Assembly: GCA_016212525.1 (NCBI GenBank)
Contig: JACRGD010000010.1
Location: 527,860-591,859 of the forward strand
DNA from: Candidatus Micrarchaeota archaeon
Lineage (GTDB): Archaea > Micrarchaeota > Micrarchaeia > Anstonellales > Bilamarchaeaceae
DNA: 64,000 nt
Direction: 5' to 3'
The stretch's first letter is position 1, and each line of letters opens with the position of its first letter. The translations under genes were made by a program, and so were the position numbers. The notes under the pieces are model-generated. The model saw only the letters and a program-made list of their open reading frames with translations, searched no databases and had not been told where the DNA came from. This document shows, one piece after another, positions 38,619 to 48,313 of this stretch.

Positions 38619-40250
38619 CTAGTTAAAGAGGCCAGTTGCATCGAGCATATTTGCATAAGCCTTAAACATACCAGAGTTCATGCTTGCACGATACATGTTT
38701 ACATCGTTTTTCTCTTCTAAAAGAGAGACTGAGACTGCAGGAATTGACCTAAATGCATCAGAGGCAAGAAGATTTGCAAATGCACGAAGTTCCTTGGTGC
38801 TGTTGTGACCTAAAATTGCCCGGGAAACAACATTTGGAAGCATATCGGTCGTTATTCCCATAGAATGGAGCGATCTTAGAATTACTGCTTCTGGACTAAG
38901 AACAACCGAACCGTCTGCAACACCATCGACTCCAGTCATGCTGCCCACAAAGGCACGTGAACGCGAGGTTCTCGAGTCGGAAGCTACTAAAGCCGCTGCA
39001 CCCGAACTACTTATTTTCACCAGGGTGTCGTTGGAACCGTAGACATAAGATCTCGCAGGGAGGTTTTCAGTAACATCAGAAACCAAGCGGGAATGAGAAA
39101 CTGCCCGAACAGGTGAATTGTGCGGAAGATGGGGAGTCGGACCTGCGATGATTGTCGGAGCGACAGATTGAACGATTGATGAAACAACCTGAGCTTCTGC
39201 AAAGGGATGAATAGAAGGTGGTTCGGGAGTTGTTGAAACACCCGAAGGAGCAGACTGGGAAACCGCAACAGCTGGAGTTTGAGAAGTCCGGGACTCTTGA
39301 ATAGTAGATGAGGTGAACGGAGATAGAACAGATGCGACTGCAAGAACGATTGGCAGTGCTATGGCAGCACATGCTGCAAGCACAGTCGCAGCACGCTTAG
39401 CTAAAGAACCGAAATTTAGTCCTGGTTTAGATTCCAAGGATTCTGGTTTGAGATCAGAGAAATCATCGATTGGAGTGAGAATGGGATCTGGAGAACTAAA
39501 GAAACCTCGCTCGTCTTTTGAAAGAGTATCCTCAAAACGAACATCTTGGGGAGTAGTAGAAACTCGAGCAGTTGTGGCGACAGATCTGGAACCAGAGATA
39601 GCCAACCTCGGACGAATTGGATTTGCAACTAGATCGACAAGAAGGTTTTCTCTAGCATCAAGGCTGGCTTCAAAAGCAAGCTCTTCTGGATCTTTAGCTC
39701 TAGGAATTTTGGGAGTAGAAGGAGTAATCGAACTAGCCGGAACACTTGCCGAATAACCAGATACAGCGCTGGCGAGAAGCTGAGCGTCAGTAGGAGATGG
39801 AGCAGTCGGAGCAGTGGACCGACCTCGATCGCTAGCCAAGAGCGCACCCAAAGCAGCAGTAACAGACGACGGAAGTCGGCTTACAGAAGAATAGGTTTTT
39901 GCATCCAGTACAAATGCAAGTGCATCATCAGGATGCATTGGGTTTTTCGCAAGCAAACGCGGAATTGCCAGATCAGCCGCAATAAGTTCATCAAAAGCAG
40001 CATTGATTTCTTGGACAGACGGACTACGGGCAGGGCAACTTCGGACACTTGCAAGCGCTGCAACTAGCCCATCATGAATAGCATCAGTAGGTTTTTGACC
40101 GACATAGGCAACACTATATCGAGTATCATGAGGACTAGACCGGTTAAGTTCAACTAAACCAGGTGGAGGAGGACCCCGAACTTTTGCCAATTTTGCCGAA
40201 CCGATTGTTACCGCAGCCAAAGAAGATTTTTGTGAAGACATAAGTATCAC
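38619..40250 (-). CDS. Single-pass membrane protein, Ser/Ala/Pro-rich
   Basis: A central TM segment (AATVLAACAAIALPIVLAVASVL) separates the ~290-aa N-terminal and ~230-aa C-terminal regions. Confidence 0.55.
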   Translation of the reverse strand: MILMSSQKSSLAAVTIGSAKLAKVRGPPPPGLVELNRSSPHDTRYSVAYVGQKPTDAIHDGLVAALASVRSCPARSPSVQEINAAFDELIAADLAIPRLLAKNPMHPDDALAFVLDAKTYSSVSRLPSSVTAALGALLASDRGRSTAPTAPSPTDAQLLASAVSGYSASVPASSITPSTPKIPRAKDPEELAFEASLDARENLLVDLVANPIRPRLAISGSRSVATTARVSTTPQDVRFEDTLSKDERGFFSSPDPILTPIDDFSDLKPESLESKPGLNFGSLAKRAATVLAACAAIALPIVLAVASVLSPFTSSTIQESRTSQTPAVAVSQSAPSGVSTTPEPPSIHPFAEAQVVSSIVQSVAPTIIAGPTPHLPHNSPVRAVSHSRLVSDVTENLPARSYVYGSNDTLVKISSSGAAALVASDSRTSRSRAFVGSMTGVDGVADGSVVLSPEAVILRSLHSMGITTDMLPNVVSRAILGHNSTKELRAFANLLASDAFRSIPAVSVSLLEEKNDVNMYRASMNSGMFKAYANMLDATGLFN

Positions 40251-40314
40251 TATTTTTTGATGAAAAAATAGTGTACCGAATGGTATTTAAACCATGTTCA
40301 AACAGCAATTAGCA

Positions 40315-41664
40315 CTATTTCGAGGGCAACTCGATCGTATAATTCATAACATCCCCCGATGAGGAAACATTAGTTAGTCTAAATGCCTCACTGCCATCAG
40401 ACCAGTTGAGAACCAGGGGCTGACCCAAGAAATAGAGATCATCATTTGACCAAAGCCCCTTTGAATCATCAAACGGGTAGTAGCCCGGCCGATACATCCA
40501 AAGACCCAGCCTGCCCCAATCAGTCTTGGCAATAGTTGCCCAATTAGAATCCAAAACAAGATCGGGCTTTGAAACAAAATCATAACTTCTAGGTCCCTCG
40601 ATCGCTCGCCAGATTCCAAGACCAGAATCTGGAATAGATGCATCATAAGCACCGCGCTGACGATTCTCAATAATATAGAATTCGTAACCAGCAGGAATCG
40701 GATGCTTTAGCACGGCCACAGTGTGTGAGTAATCGACTCGTGAGATTTGGTAACAACCGCTCGAATCAATCACCTTAAGGTCCAACCAACCAGCACGCAT
40801 CTTCTGATATGGGTCAAGATGCGGGGCACTCCAGGGCTGGTCCATTATCGAATAGGCTCCAGCCGCATATGGGAAGAAATAGGTGAAATAGAGATCCTGT
40901 GTCCCCAGGTATAGATGCAGAAGTTCATGAGACGGAGTTCCTACATTGAGGGGGTTTCCTGAGCCGGAAGAAGACAGCCAGGTCAAATCCACTCCATCAA
41001 GATGCATCGGAACAGAACCGCCAAACTCGCGACCATAGGAGGGACGGGTTGCACCGCCGGGCCCGGGAGTATTGTGCGGAAGAACGATAAATATTCCCAG
41101 CTCCTGGGGCGTCAAAATACCATCATAATTAGTATCATAGCGCGAGAAATCAAAATCCGGATCTGCTTTCTTTAGCATCTCGCTATAGAAGCGTTGCTCG
41201 CCACTAATGATACCATCGCCATCAGAATCATTTGGATCGTTGTAATCCCAGTAGTATTGCCAATCATGATCCAATGGATATTTGAGAATTGTCGCCTCGT
41301 GGAGCCGCCCTTTTGTGTTTGAAATATTATAGAAGTAATCAGCAATGCTATTCGTCTCACCAAAGAACCAGTTCCTGGTTTGGGAGATTGACGGAGCAGG
41401 GTCCGAAGTGCTCAGTCGATCAGCGATTATGACCAAAAGCGGACTGTCAAAGGATTTGGGAGTTGGAATATTGTAGGTAAGATCAGAATTGGGAAATCCA
41501 CAGGAATTTGAAGGAGAGGAAGGCTTCCCAATAGCATAGTTATTTGGTGGAATGGAAATATTGACATCTGGCGAAATCGGCTTGCCAAAATTAGGAATTG
41601 TACAACCAAATAAGATAAGCAGGACAAAAATTACAGGAAGAATAGAAAAAGAAGAAAATCGCAT
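40315..41664 (-). CDS. Secreted or lipoprotein-like HExxH metalloprotease (M6-like)
   Basis: The signal peptide ends in LILFGC. HELLHLYLGTQDLY resembles the M6 HExxHxxGxPDLY motif. DSDGDGIISGEQ and YDTNYDGILTPQE are Ca-binding-like loops. Confidence 0.6.
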   Translation of the reverse strand: MRFSSFSILPVIFVLLILFGCTIPNFGKPISPDVNISIPPNNYAIGKPSSPSNSCGFPNSDLTYNIPTPKSFDSPLLVIIADRLSTSDPAPSISQTRNWFFGETNSIADYFYNISNTKGRLHEATILKYPLDHDWQYYWDYNDPNDSDGDGIISGEQRFYSEMLKKADPDFDFSRYDTNYDGILTPQELGIFIVLPHNTPGPGGATRPSYGREFGGSVPMHLDGVDLTWLSSSGSGNPLNVGTPSHELLHLYLGTQDLYFTYFFPYAAGAYSIMDQPWSAPHLDPYQKMRAGWLDLKVIDSSGCYQISRVDYSHTVAVLKHPIPAGYEFYIIENRQRGAYDASIPDSGLGIWRAIEGPRSYDFVSKPDLVLDSNWATIAKTDWGRLGLWMYRPGYYPFDDSKGLWSNDDLYFLGQPLVLNWSDGSEAFRLTNVSSSGDVMNYTIELPSK

Positions 41665-41714
41665 GCGGGAAATAATGAAAAGGAGAATTAAAGAAGAGGA
41701 GTATAATCAAACCG

Positions 41715-42632
41715 CTAAGGAGTCTTTACATCCTTATAATATTTGACCAATCGATCAATGCCATCTTCAAGAGATACTTTGGCAGTAAATCCAAGAATGG
41801 ATGAGGACTTGGAAGTGTCCGCAAGAGTTTCCTGAACATAGTTTTTGATCTTATTTGGCTGATAATTGGGTTTGATATTTGTCCCGAGTTTTTTGTTTAG
41901 AATCGAGATTACTTCATTTAAATTTGCCATTTTTCCGCATCCGACATTGAAAGTGTCGCTCCGGCCATGCTTAAGTGCGAGCATATTGGCTTCCACAACA
42001 TCATCTACATAAACAAAATCCCGGCTCTGGCTTCCATCTCCAAAGATTAAGGGTGAGCGGCCGGCCTTAAGATCCCATAAGAACTGACTTACCAGATTCG
42101 CATATTGACCTTTTGAGAGCTCATGAGGACCATAAATACTAAAGTATCGAAGTCCGACAACTTTGATTCCGTAGAGATCAGTGTAGAGTTTGGCCAATCG
42201 CTCCATTGCATAGCGGGCTTCGGAATAATAATCAGTAACTGCGACAGGCATATCCTCGCGATGCGGCGGCTTCTGACCATTGTAAATGGAACTTGTTGTA
42301 GCGTAGACCAATTTGTTTCCGTTCTTTCGTGTATATTCAAGAATCGATATCCAGTCTGAAATGGCCCGGGCAACTAACTGCGGATCATTCTTGTACATAG
42401 GAGAGGACGAATAGACACCCTCGTGGATAATAGCATCAAATTTTTCACCCAGTTTCGAAACGTCACCCGCATCAGCGTGGAAGAATTTGATTTTGGATCT
42501 AATATCTGAGACATTGGATTCAAGACCAGTATGCAGATTATCCAGACAAAAGACCTCATGACCATCGTGCACAAGACGAGCAGCAATATTAGAACCGATA
42601 AAACCCATTGCACCAGTAACAAGAACCTTCAT
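41715..42632 (-). CDS. NAD-dependent epimerase/dehydratase (extended SDR)
   Basis: VLVTGAMGFIGSNI Rossmann motif. The catalytic region reads TDYYSEARYAMERL, with Arg where the YxxxK Lys is expected. Confidence 0.8.
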   Translation of the reverse strand: MKVLVTGAMGFIGSNIAARLVHDGHEVFCLDNLHTGLESNVSDIRSKIKFFHADAGDVSKLGEKFDAIIHEGVYSSSPMYKNDPQLVARAISDWISILEYTRKNGNKLVYATTSSIYNGQKPPHREDMPVAVTDYYSEARYAMERLAKLYTDLYGIKVVGLRYFSIYGPHELSKGQYANLVSQFLWDLKAGRSPLIFGDGSQSRDFVYVDDVVEANMLALKHGRSDTFNVGCGKMANLNEVISILNKKLGTNIKPNYQPNKIKNYVQETLADTSKSSSILGFTAKVSLEDGIDRLVKYYKDVKTP

Positions 42633-42695
42633 AAAAAAACCAATAGAATAAACATTAGGTAGTTCTTTAAGTATTTCCTACAGAGAAATCTACGG

Positions 42696-44681
42696 ATGCA
42701 AATGACGGGAAATAAAAATATGGATCAGGAAAAAAACGGAGTGAAAAGGGTAAAAATAGGCGAATTAATTGGCGAACTGATCGAGAATAACAAAAAACTA
42801 ATGCCAATAGCTTATGCCTTGCTTATCATAGTAGGTCTTTGGATAGTAGGGGCACCGATTCAGAGCGCAGCGGCAATTGCATTCCATTTTATTCCAGCAT
42901 ACCTGTTCCTACGATACATCCTAAAGAACAACGAATTCGCAAGCAGCGTCCTTGCAATCCCATTCTCAATGGCACTAACTACGATGATATTTAGCATCTC
43001 GATGGTTTTTTCGACTGCCACATATCTAGGCTGGATATTAGTCACGCTCACATGGGCACTTCTATTTGGAGCGGGTCATTTCTTTCTAAAGAACAAAGAC
43101 GAGCACGAACTCAAACTAAAGATAATAGATGATGCGAACTGGAAAAGCTGGCTTAGCTTATTTGCAGTAATAATTATTGCATTTATAGGAACGTATTTTG
43201 TCTTCTATGGACCGATAAACACCAACAAACTGATCTGGGGTGCAAGTGATGCCAACTGGCAGACAAATCATATTGATTACATAAAAGAAAGCGGGAAACT
43301 CGAAATACCCCCCTATCTGTGCAGAGGCGAAAGTGGATATGCAATAGAGAGTTTTACTCCAGGAGCATCGATGATTTTTCCATATATCGTAGCAGCAACT
43401 GGAAATACCAATGGTTCAACCGCGCAACAGATCCTTACATATTTAGTATATGCCTTAGCTGCACAGGGAGTATTCATACTTTTTAGAAAAATATTTGATG
43501 AGAAAACAGCACTCGCGGGAGTTTGTGCTTTTGCCATACCCTTAGTTTATGAATTGTATCTAATGGATCGGTTAGGTATGTGGAGGCTCACTTCGTTCAA
43601 TATGATGCTTCCGTATGGGATGCTTCTAGGTATGGTATTTCTAGAAAACATTAGTTCCACCATCCTTACTCTGCCAGTGCTTATGTTCCTCATATCCAAT
43701 CAAACATTCATAGCATTCTTACTCATACCATCATTCCTAAGAGGAGTCATAAGCACGAACATAAAAGAAACGAAAAACATCATCAGGCTTGGAGTGTTTT
43801 TGTTAGTTGTAGGCGTAGTATTTTACCTCACATTTTATCAGATAACATATGCAGCACTCGGGCAGGAGCCGGATTTAATCAAAAAGATCGGGTTTGGACT
43901 TGATAAGATAGGTCAAAATGAAAAAGACGGCTATGTTATAGACAACATAAAACTCACAATAGAGCACATAGGCTCGGCAGTGATATTTTTTGGATTGATT
44001 TCGATCGCGTATCTAGCGCACATATGGAAAAGGACAGATGGCAAAAATTATCTTGATCCAAAGTTTGTTCTTCTTATAACACTGACAGCAGGAATAATTG
44101 TGGCCTCAGGAATAGGGTACTTTGGAGACCAAATACGACAGTACATATTCAAAACAAGATATTCGCTGCTGGAAATACTGATACTACCACTCATTGGTGC
44201 AACAATATATCAGATTAAAAATATCAACAAAATAGTTGCAATAGCGCTTCTCGCATTAGTACTCATAAGTGCAACCCCGATAGCCAGCCAGCTTAACGCA
44301 GCCCAAACGAGTGCAGTACCCCAGACAATATTACAAAGTATCAATTACCTAAAACAGAACATGAAACAGGACGAGACCGTAATGTACATGGAGCCATACC
44401 TAGGACAAAACATCATGAATCATGTCGAACATAGATATATGGTCATGGATAGTTCAACAAGCAGCATAGATCGACTATTATTACAGAGCGAAAATCTTTT
44501 CTGTAGATATAAAAGAAATGGACTTTTTGAAGTGAAACTAGACCCCCCTCAAAATCCAGCTCACGAACCAGACTACGTATTGATTTACACGGGCCTGCCA
44601 CAATTAGAGCAATTGTTGGGAATTAAGGGATATACCAAAGTGGATGCAAACGAGAATCTTATCATATACAAGAAAAACTAG
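42696..44681 (+). CDS. Large polytopic membrane protein (possible glycosyltransferase-C-type)
   Basis: 661 aa with more than 12 predicted TM segments. It is divergent from the epimerase gene. Function is inferred only from context. Confidence 0.6.
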   Translation: MQMTGNKNMDQEKNGVKRVKIGELIGELIENNKKLMPIAYALLIIVGLWIVGAPIQSAAAIAFHFIPAYLFLRYILKNNEFASSVLAIPFSMALTTMIFSISMVFSTATYLGWILVTLTWALLFGAGHFFLKNKDEHELKLKIIDDANWKSWLSLFAVIIIAFIGTYFVFYGPINTNKLIWGASDANWQTNHIDYIKESGKLEIPPYLCRGESGYAIESFTPGASMIFPYIVAATGNTNGSTAQQILTYLVYALAAQGVFILFRKIFDEKTALAGVCAFAIPLVYELYLMDRLGMWRLTSFNMMLPYGMLLGMVFLENISSTILTLPVLMFLISNQTFIAFLLIPSFLRGVISTNIKETKNIIRLGVFLLVVGVVFYLTFYQITYAALGQEPDLIKKIGFGLDKIGQNEKDGYVIDNIKLTIEHIGSAVIFFGLISIAYLAHIWKRTDGKNYLDPKFVLLITLTAGIIVASGIGYFGDQIRQYIFKTRYSLLEILILPLIGATIYQIKNINKIVAIALLALVLISATPIASQLNAAQTSAVPQTILQSINYLKQNMKQDETVMYMEPYLGQNIMNHVEHRYMVMDSSTSSIDRLLLQSENLFCRYKRNGLFEVKLDPPQNPAHEPDYVLIYTGLPQLEQLLGIKGYTKVDANENLIIYKKN

Positions 44682-44966
44682 GACCCAAACCAGAACAAAA
44701 TAGAAGATCGAGGTAGATTACAGCCAACCAGTAGCAGACCCGCAAGGCCTTATCCTTCAGGGACGGCTCATAGTTTTGCAGTAAGCAAGAGATACTGGAA
44801 CCGACTCGAAGAACGTTCCAAAATCGCTTTAGTTTGTCGCAATATTCACACCCAGAGACTAGAAATCCATTCTTCGTGGTCGTGCTTTCCGGGTTCGCTA
44901 TAAGAAATAGAATAAATAAGAAGAATAAAAATAATAGAAATAGAGAAAAATATAGAAAAGAAGACG

Positions 44967-45539
44967 TTAGTCGTCATTCTTTTCAATAAGAGCGATGTCT
45001 CCAAGGGAAACCATGTCTTCTTCTTCCTTGGCTCGTTCATCTGCCACACGCTTTGCAGCGATTCTGGCGCTCTTGTTGGATTCGTAGTATTTTCGAAGTT
45101 CCTCACGGATAACCTTTAGCTCTTCTTCGATTTTCTTTATTTCATTTTCACTATCGAGTATATCCTGAACTACGTATCGGGCTTTGCGTCGGGCCTTTTC
45201 GACTTCCTTGACACTTTCCAACTCCTGATCGACTTCGCGCATCTTCTTGAGAATCTCGCGTTCCATCTTGGGAGTATAAGCAGCAGTGGAGATCTTGAAG
45301 TCAAGAGATCGCTTGAACTTTCGAAGTGGAGCAATCTGGACATCTTTGGTCTTTTCCAAAAATGGCTCTAGAGCTTTCTGCTCGTACTTCTTGTAGCGAA
45401 TCCGGCGATAAGCTTTCTTGATCTGTTCAATAAGCTCGGCCTTCTTGGCTTCCAATTTTTCAATTCTCGACTTTTCGTCGTCCACAGGAGCGGGAGCAGC
45501 ATTCTGCTGATCGGGAGTAGGTAAATTCTCATCTGCCAT
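44967..45539 (-). CDS. Coiled-coil protein (Lys/Glu-rich)
   Basis: 190-aa heptad-like charged sequence. It resembles uncharacterised archaeal coiled-coil proteins. Confidence 0.6.
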   Translation of the reverse strand: MADENLPTPDQQNAAPAPVDDEKSRIEKLEAKKAELIEQIKKAYRRIRYKKYEQKALEPFLEKTKDVQIAPLRKFKRSLDFKISTAAYTPKMEREILKKMREVDQELESVKEVEKARRKARYVVQDILDSENEIKKIEEELKVIREELRKYYESNKSARIAAKRVADERAKEEEDMVSLGDIALIEKNDD

Positions 45540-45704
45540 GTGATCACAGCAACAAAAACAGTTCTTTAGTCTAAATTAGTCTAAACTAAGCATTATGTCA
45601 ATAAGGCATAGCATTTATAAATCAGAGCACTCTCAAACAAAAACACGAGAGATAAAAACAGGCGGATGAAAATAAAACAAAAAAACAAGATAAAAAGAAG
45701 GGGA

Positions 45705-45989
45705 TTATTGTTTTATGCTTCGCCGGGGGGCCGGATAAAATCTCAGTAGAACGCCCTCAAAAAGCTGGCTGGTAACATTTGCAAGAGGGTACACAGTAGA
45801 ATAGCTATCCTTTGAGCCATCCGCATTTGTTCCATAGAAGACCTTGTAGTGGATTTTGTCTTTTTCTCCCTCAGTGTAAGAGACAGTAAATACGTATTTT
45901 TTGTCTTTGAGTTTCTTCGTCAGGAAGTCCCGAATTTCCTTTTCTAATTCAGCATCTTTAGAATCTTTTTCTTCTGCCATAAACATCAA
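45705..45989 (-). CDS. Small hypothetical protein, paralog of the adjacent ORF
   Basis: AELEKEIRDFLTKKLKDKKYVFTVSYT aligns with KELEEEIRELIKKKMGERTYLFSLLYT in ORF 45995..46321. Confidence 0.5.
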   Translation of the reverse strand: MMFMAEEKDSKDAELEKEIRDFLTKKLKDKKYVFTVSYTEGEKDKIHYKVFYGTNADGSKDSYSTVYPLANVTSQLFEGVLLRFYPAPRRSIKQ

Positions 45990-45994
45990 CCAAT

Positions 45995-46321
45995 TTAGAC
46001 TTTTATTCTCGGAATGTCCGGGGTCAGTGTCTTTCTTGCATTTGCAAGAACATTATCCAATCCGTGGAGATACGCATTTACCTCATAATAGGGTTTTTTT
46101 GCAGGATCCAAACTGGAGTTAAATACAACTGCAAGTTCACGCAAGCCATCGGTTCTTGTTGATTCTTGCGGAGTTTTTGTATAGAGTAAACTAAACAGAT
46201 AAGTTCGCTCTCCCATCTTTTTCTTTATTAATTCACGGATTTCTTCCTCTAATTCCTTCATATCTTCCATTTTTACACCTTTTATCGATAAGTGTTTACG
46301 AGTAATTAAATCAGTAGTCAT
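45995..46321 (-). CDS. Small hypothetical protein, paralog of the adjacent ORF
   Basis: See the previous entry. The two form a tandem pair 5 nt apart. Confidence 0.5.
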   Translation of the reverse strand: MTTDLITRKHLSIKGVKMEDMKELEEEIRELIKKKMGERTYLFSLLYTKTPQESTRTDGLRELAVVFNSSLDPAKKPYYEVNAYLHGLDNVLANARKTLTPDIPRIKV

Positions 46322-46968
46322 TTTGTATTTCTTCGAGATACTTCCTCATCTTCACCAAGCCATTTTACACCCGCATAAACAATAGGAGTTCCAAAGATTG
46401 CAATTATACACTTGAGAATCCAGTATGGGATAACTAGCATAATTAGATAAAATGCATCGTGTTTTGGCGAAATACCATAGAATGCCAGAAACATGAAAAC
46501 CGTGCTGTCAATAAACTGACTTACAACGGTCGAACCAGTAGCTCGGAGCCAGAGCATTTTCTTGGAGGTCCAATCTTTTATGCGGGCAAATATTTCGATG
46601 TCCGAAAGATCGGCAACTACAAATGCGATAAGACTCGCAAGCATAACACGGAGACTCACCCCGAAAACTTTATTGTATTCGAGAGGATAGAAATCCCGCT
46701 TGGCACTTGGAAGAATAGTTGAGACGTACGTTACGATCATTACAAAGGTAAGCGCGACCAGGGCACCAAAAAGAATCTTTCTTGCGGTTTCTTTTCCCTT
46801 AACTTCCTGTATGACGTCCATAGTCAAGTAGGAGAGAGGAAAAATCAGGATACCGACGCCTGCATCGATTCCCCAAAAATCAGCAATCTTGTTTCCCATG
46901 AGGTTCGATGCAATAACGCTAGAAACAAAAAACGCAACGATAATCCAGAATTTAGTCTCCCGATCCAT
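46318..46968 (-). CDS. Queuosine-precursor transporter family membrane protein (YhhQ/DUF165-like)
   Basis: About 6 TM segments. The N-terminal ...SNLMGNKI...GILIFPLSYLTMDVIQEVKGK is typical of the family. Confidence 0.7.
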   Translation of the reverse strand: MDRETKFWIIVAFFVSSVIASNLMGNKIADFWGIDAGVGILIFPLSYLTMDVIQEVKGKETARKILFGALVALTFVMIVTYVSTILPSAKRDFYPLEYNKVFGVSLRVMLASLIAFVVADLSDIEIFARIKDWTSKKMLWLRATGSTVVSQFIDSTVFMFLAFYGISPKHDAFYLIMLVIPYWILKCIIAIFGTPIVYAGVKWLGEDEEVSRRNTK

Positions 46969-47057
46969 ATAATCTCCCGCAAAAAATAATTAGAAACGAA
47001 TAATAGCTTAGTGATTGTCTTTATAAGTTGTTACATCCAGAAAGATAGTGTGGTCAA

Positions 47058-47645
47058 ATGGATAAAGGTGGCATAAAAAGTCTAAAAAATCCGGATTCCA
47101 GAGCAGAACCAAAAAGGGCAGAAGAACCTCTTCGAAGGCAACAGTTAGCATTTTCCCGATTTGTCCCATCTGCACTTGGCCTTGCAGTCATATTGTCAGG
47201 CGCACCAGCAATAGCCAACCCACCCCAGATAGCCAGAACTCCAATCACTACAAACTGGAGCGGCGGAACTTGTACAATAGATAATAGCAGATTGATATAT
47301 ACAGATCGAAAGGGGCACAGTGCTCGCACATATCTCGCATTTGCACCAATAGCCCCAACCAGAGTAATGTGCTCAGGCACGTATTCGGTAATATTGGAAA
47401 CTAACGGAGACGTCATTGTAGCAGTTGGCGCCCAGGAAGTCTTCGCACAGGGAGTAAATGCAATAATTTCGACCCGAATGAGGGGATTAAATGTCGGAAA
47501 CTCATACCTGCTTCCTGCTCCTATAACAAATATCGATCCAGCAAATGCAACACTACGGGGAACGACCCTTAGAATAAATAGTGTTGGTACAGGAGACACG
47601 TACACACTAGATGTTTCAAATCCGGTGAAATGGAGCCAACAATAA
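47058..47645 (+). CDS. Secreted or membrane-anchored hypothetical protein
   Basis: A charged N-terminus is followed by a signal/anchor segment (FVPSALGLAVILSGAPAIA). TTTATAA at 47020-47026 lies 31 nt upstream of the ATG. Confidence 0.5.
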   Translation: MDKGGIKSLKNPDSRAEPKRAEEPLRRQQLAFSRFVPSALGLAVILSGAPAIANPPQIARTPITTNWSGGTCTIDNSRLIYTDRKGHSARTYLAFAPIAPTRVMCSGTYSVILETNGDVIVAVGAQEVFAQGVNAIISTRMRGLNVGNSYLLPAPITNIDPANATLRGTTLRINSVGTGDTYTLDVSNPVKWSQQ

Positions 47646-48271
47646 AAAAGGTGAAAACTATGGTAAACACGCAGATGGAAAGACCAATAGAAGACAAACA
47701 TCATACAATTGAGGGTACGATGCTCGCACAGACAGTACCCCGAAGGGCAATACCGGCAAACCCGATCGCAGCAGGACCCATAAATCCGATAATGGCGAAC
47801 TTTATGCAAACCCAGTTTCCTGCGCCAACTGCCGCAGACCGGACTGCATTAACCGGATTCATGAGAGACGCAGATCCAAATGCAAGTTATGATCAGGTCT
47901 TAAGAGATTTTACAAGGCAAAACCCGGAGAACTCAATTTCCCGTTACTACAATTTAATAGGCCAGGACAACGTTGATTGGATTATCAATGCCCGCGGCCA
48001 GGTCGCATTTAACCAGAGCGCACTTAGATCGACAGTTGAATCCAAACTGGGAATTTCAGGTATGAATGACTTGATGAGAAATCCGCCTAGATCAGGAGCT
48101 GCTGAAATAACAATACCAGTAACATCAGCCAACCGGGAGCTCGCCGAGCTATTCGTTCAAAATGCACATTTTCCATCAGGATATGAAATTAGCGGCCCTG
48201 AAACGAGAGATTTTCGAAGCGTCATGGTGTTTAGATACAACTCTGGAAGATCCACAGTTGACATTCAGTAG
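47630..48271 (+). CDS. Hypothetical protein (start probably ATG 47660)
   Basis: The ORF follows the previous gene. GGTGA lies upstream of ATG 47660. A T-rich tract follows the stop. Confidence 0.5.
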   Translation: MEPTIKKVKTMVNTQMERPIEDKHHTIEGTMLAQTVPRRAIPANPIAAGPINPIMANFMQTQFPAPTAADRTALTGFMRDADPNASYDQVLRDFTRQNPENSISRYYNLIGQDNVDWIINARGQVAFNQSALRSTVESKLGISGMNDLMRNPPRSGAAEITIPVTSANRELAELFVQNAHFPSGYEISGPETRDFRSVMVFRYNSGRSTVDIQ

Positions 48272-48313
48272 GTTCAGTCTTTTATTATTTCTTTTCTTTC
48301 ATCTTCTTTTTAG

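Noticed and set aside
39313-39756. 147-aa plus-strand ORF and several 70-110-aa minus-frame ORFs inside 38619..40250
   Set aside because: These are shadow or alternative frames of the long Ser/Ala/Pro-rich gene. Low-complexity sequence tends to keep several frames open.
47054-47809. 251-aa minus-strand ORF (Cys/Phe/His-rich)
   Set aside because: It lies antisense to two plus-strand ORFs that have a promoter box, a signal peptide and plausible composition. Its own composition is typical of a shadow frame.
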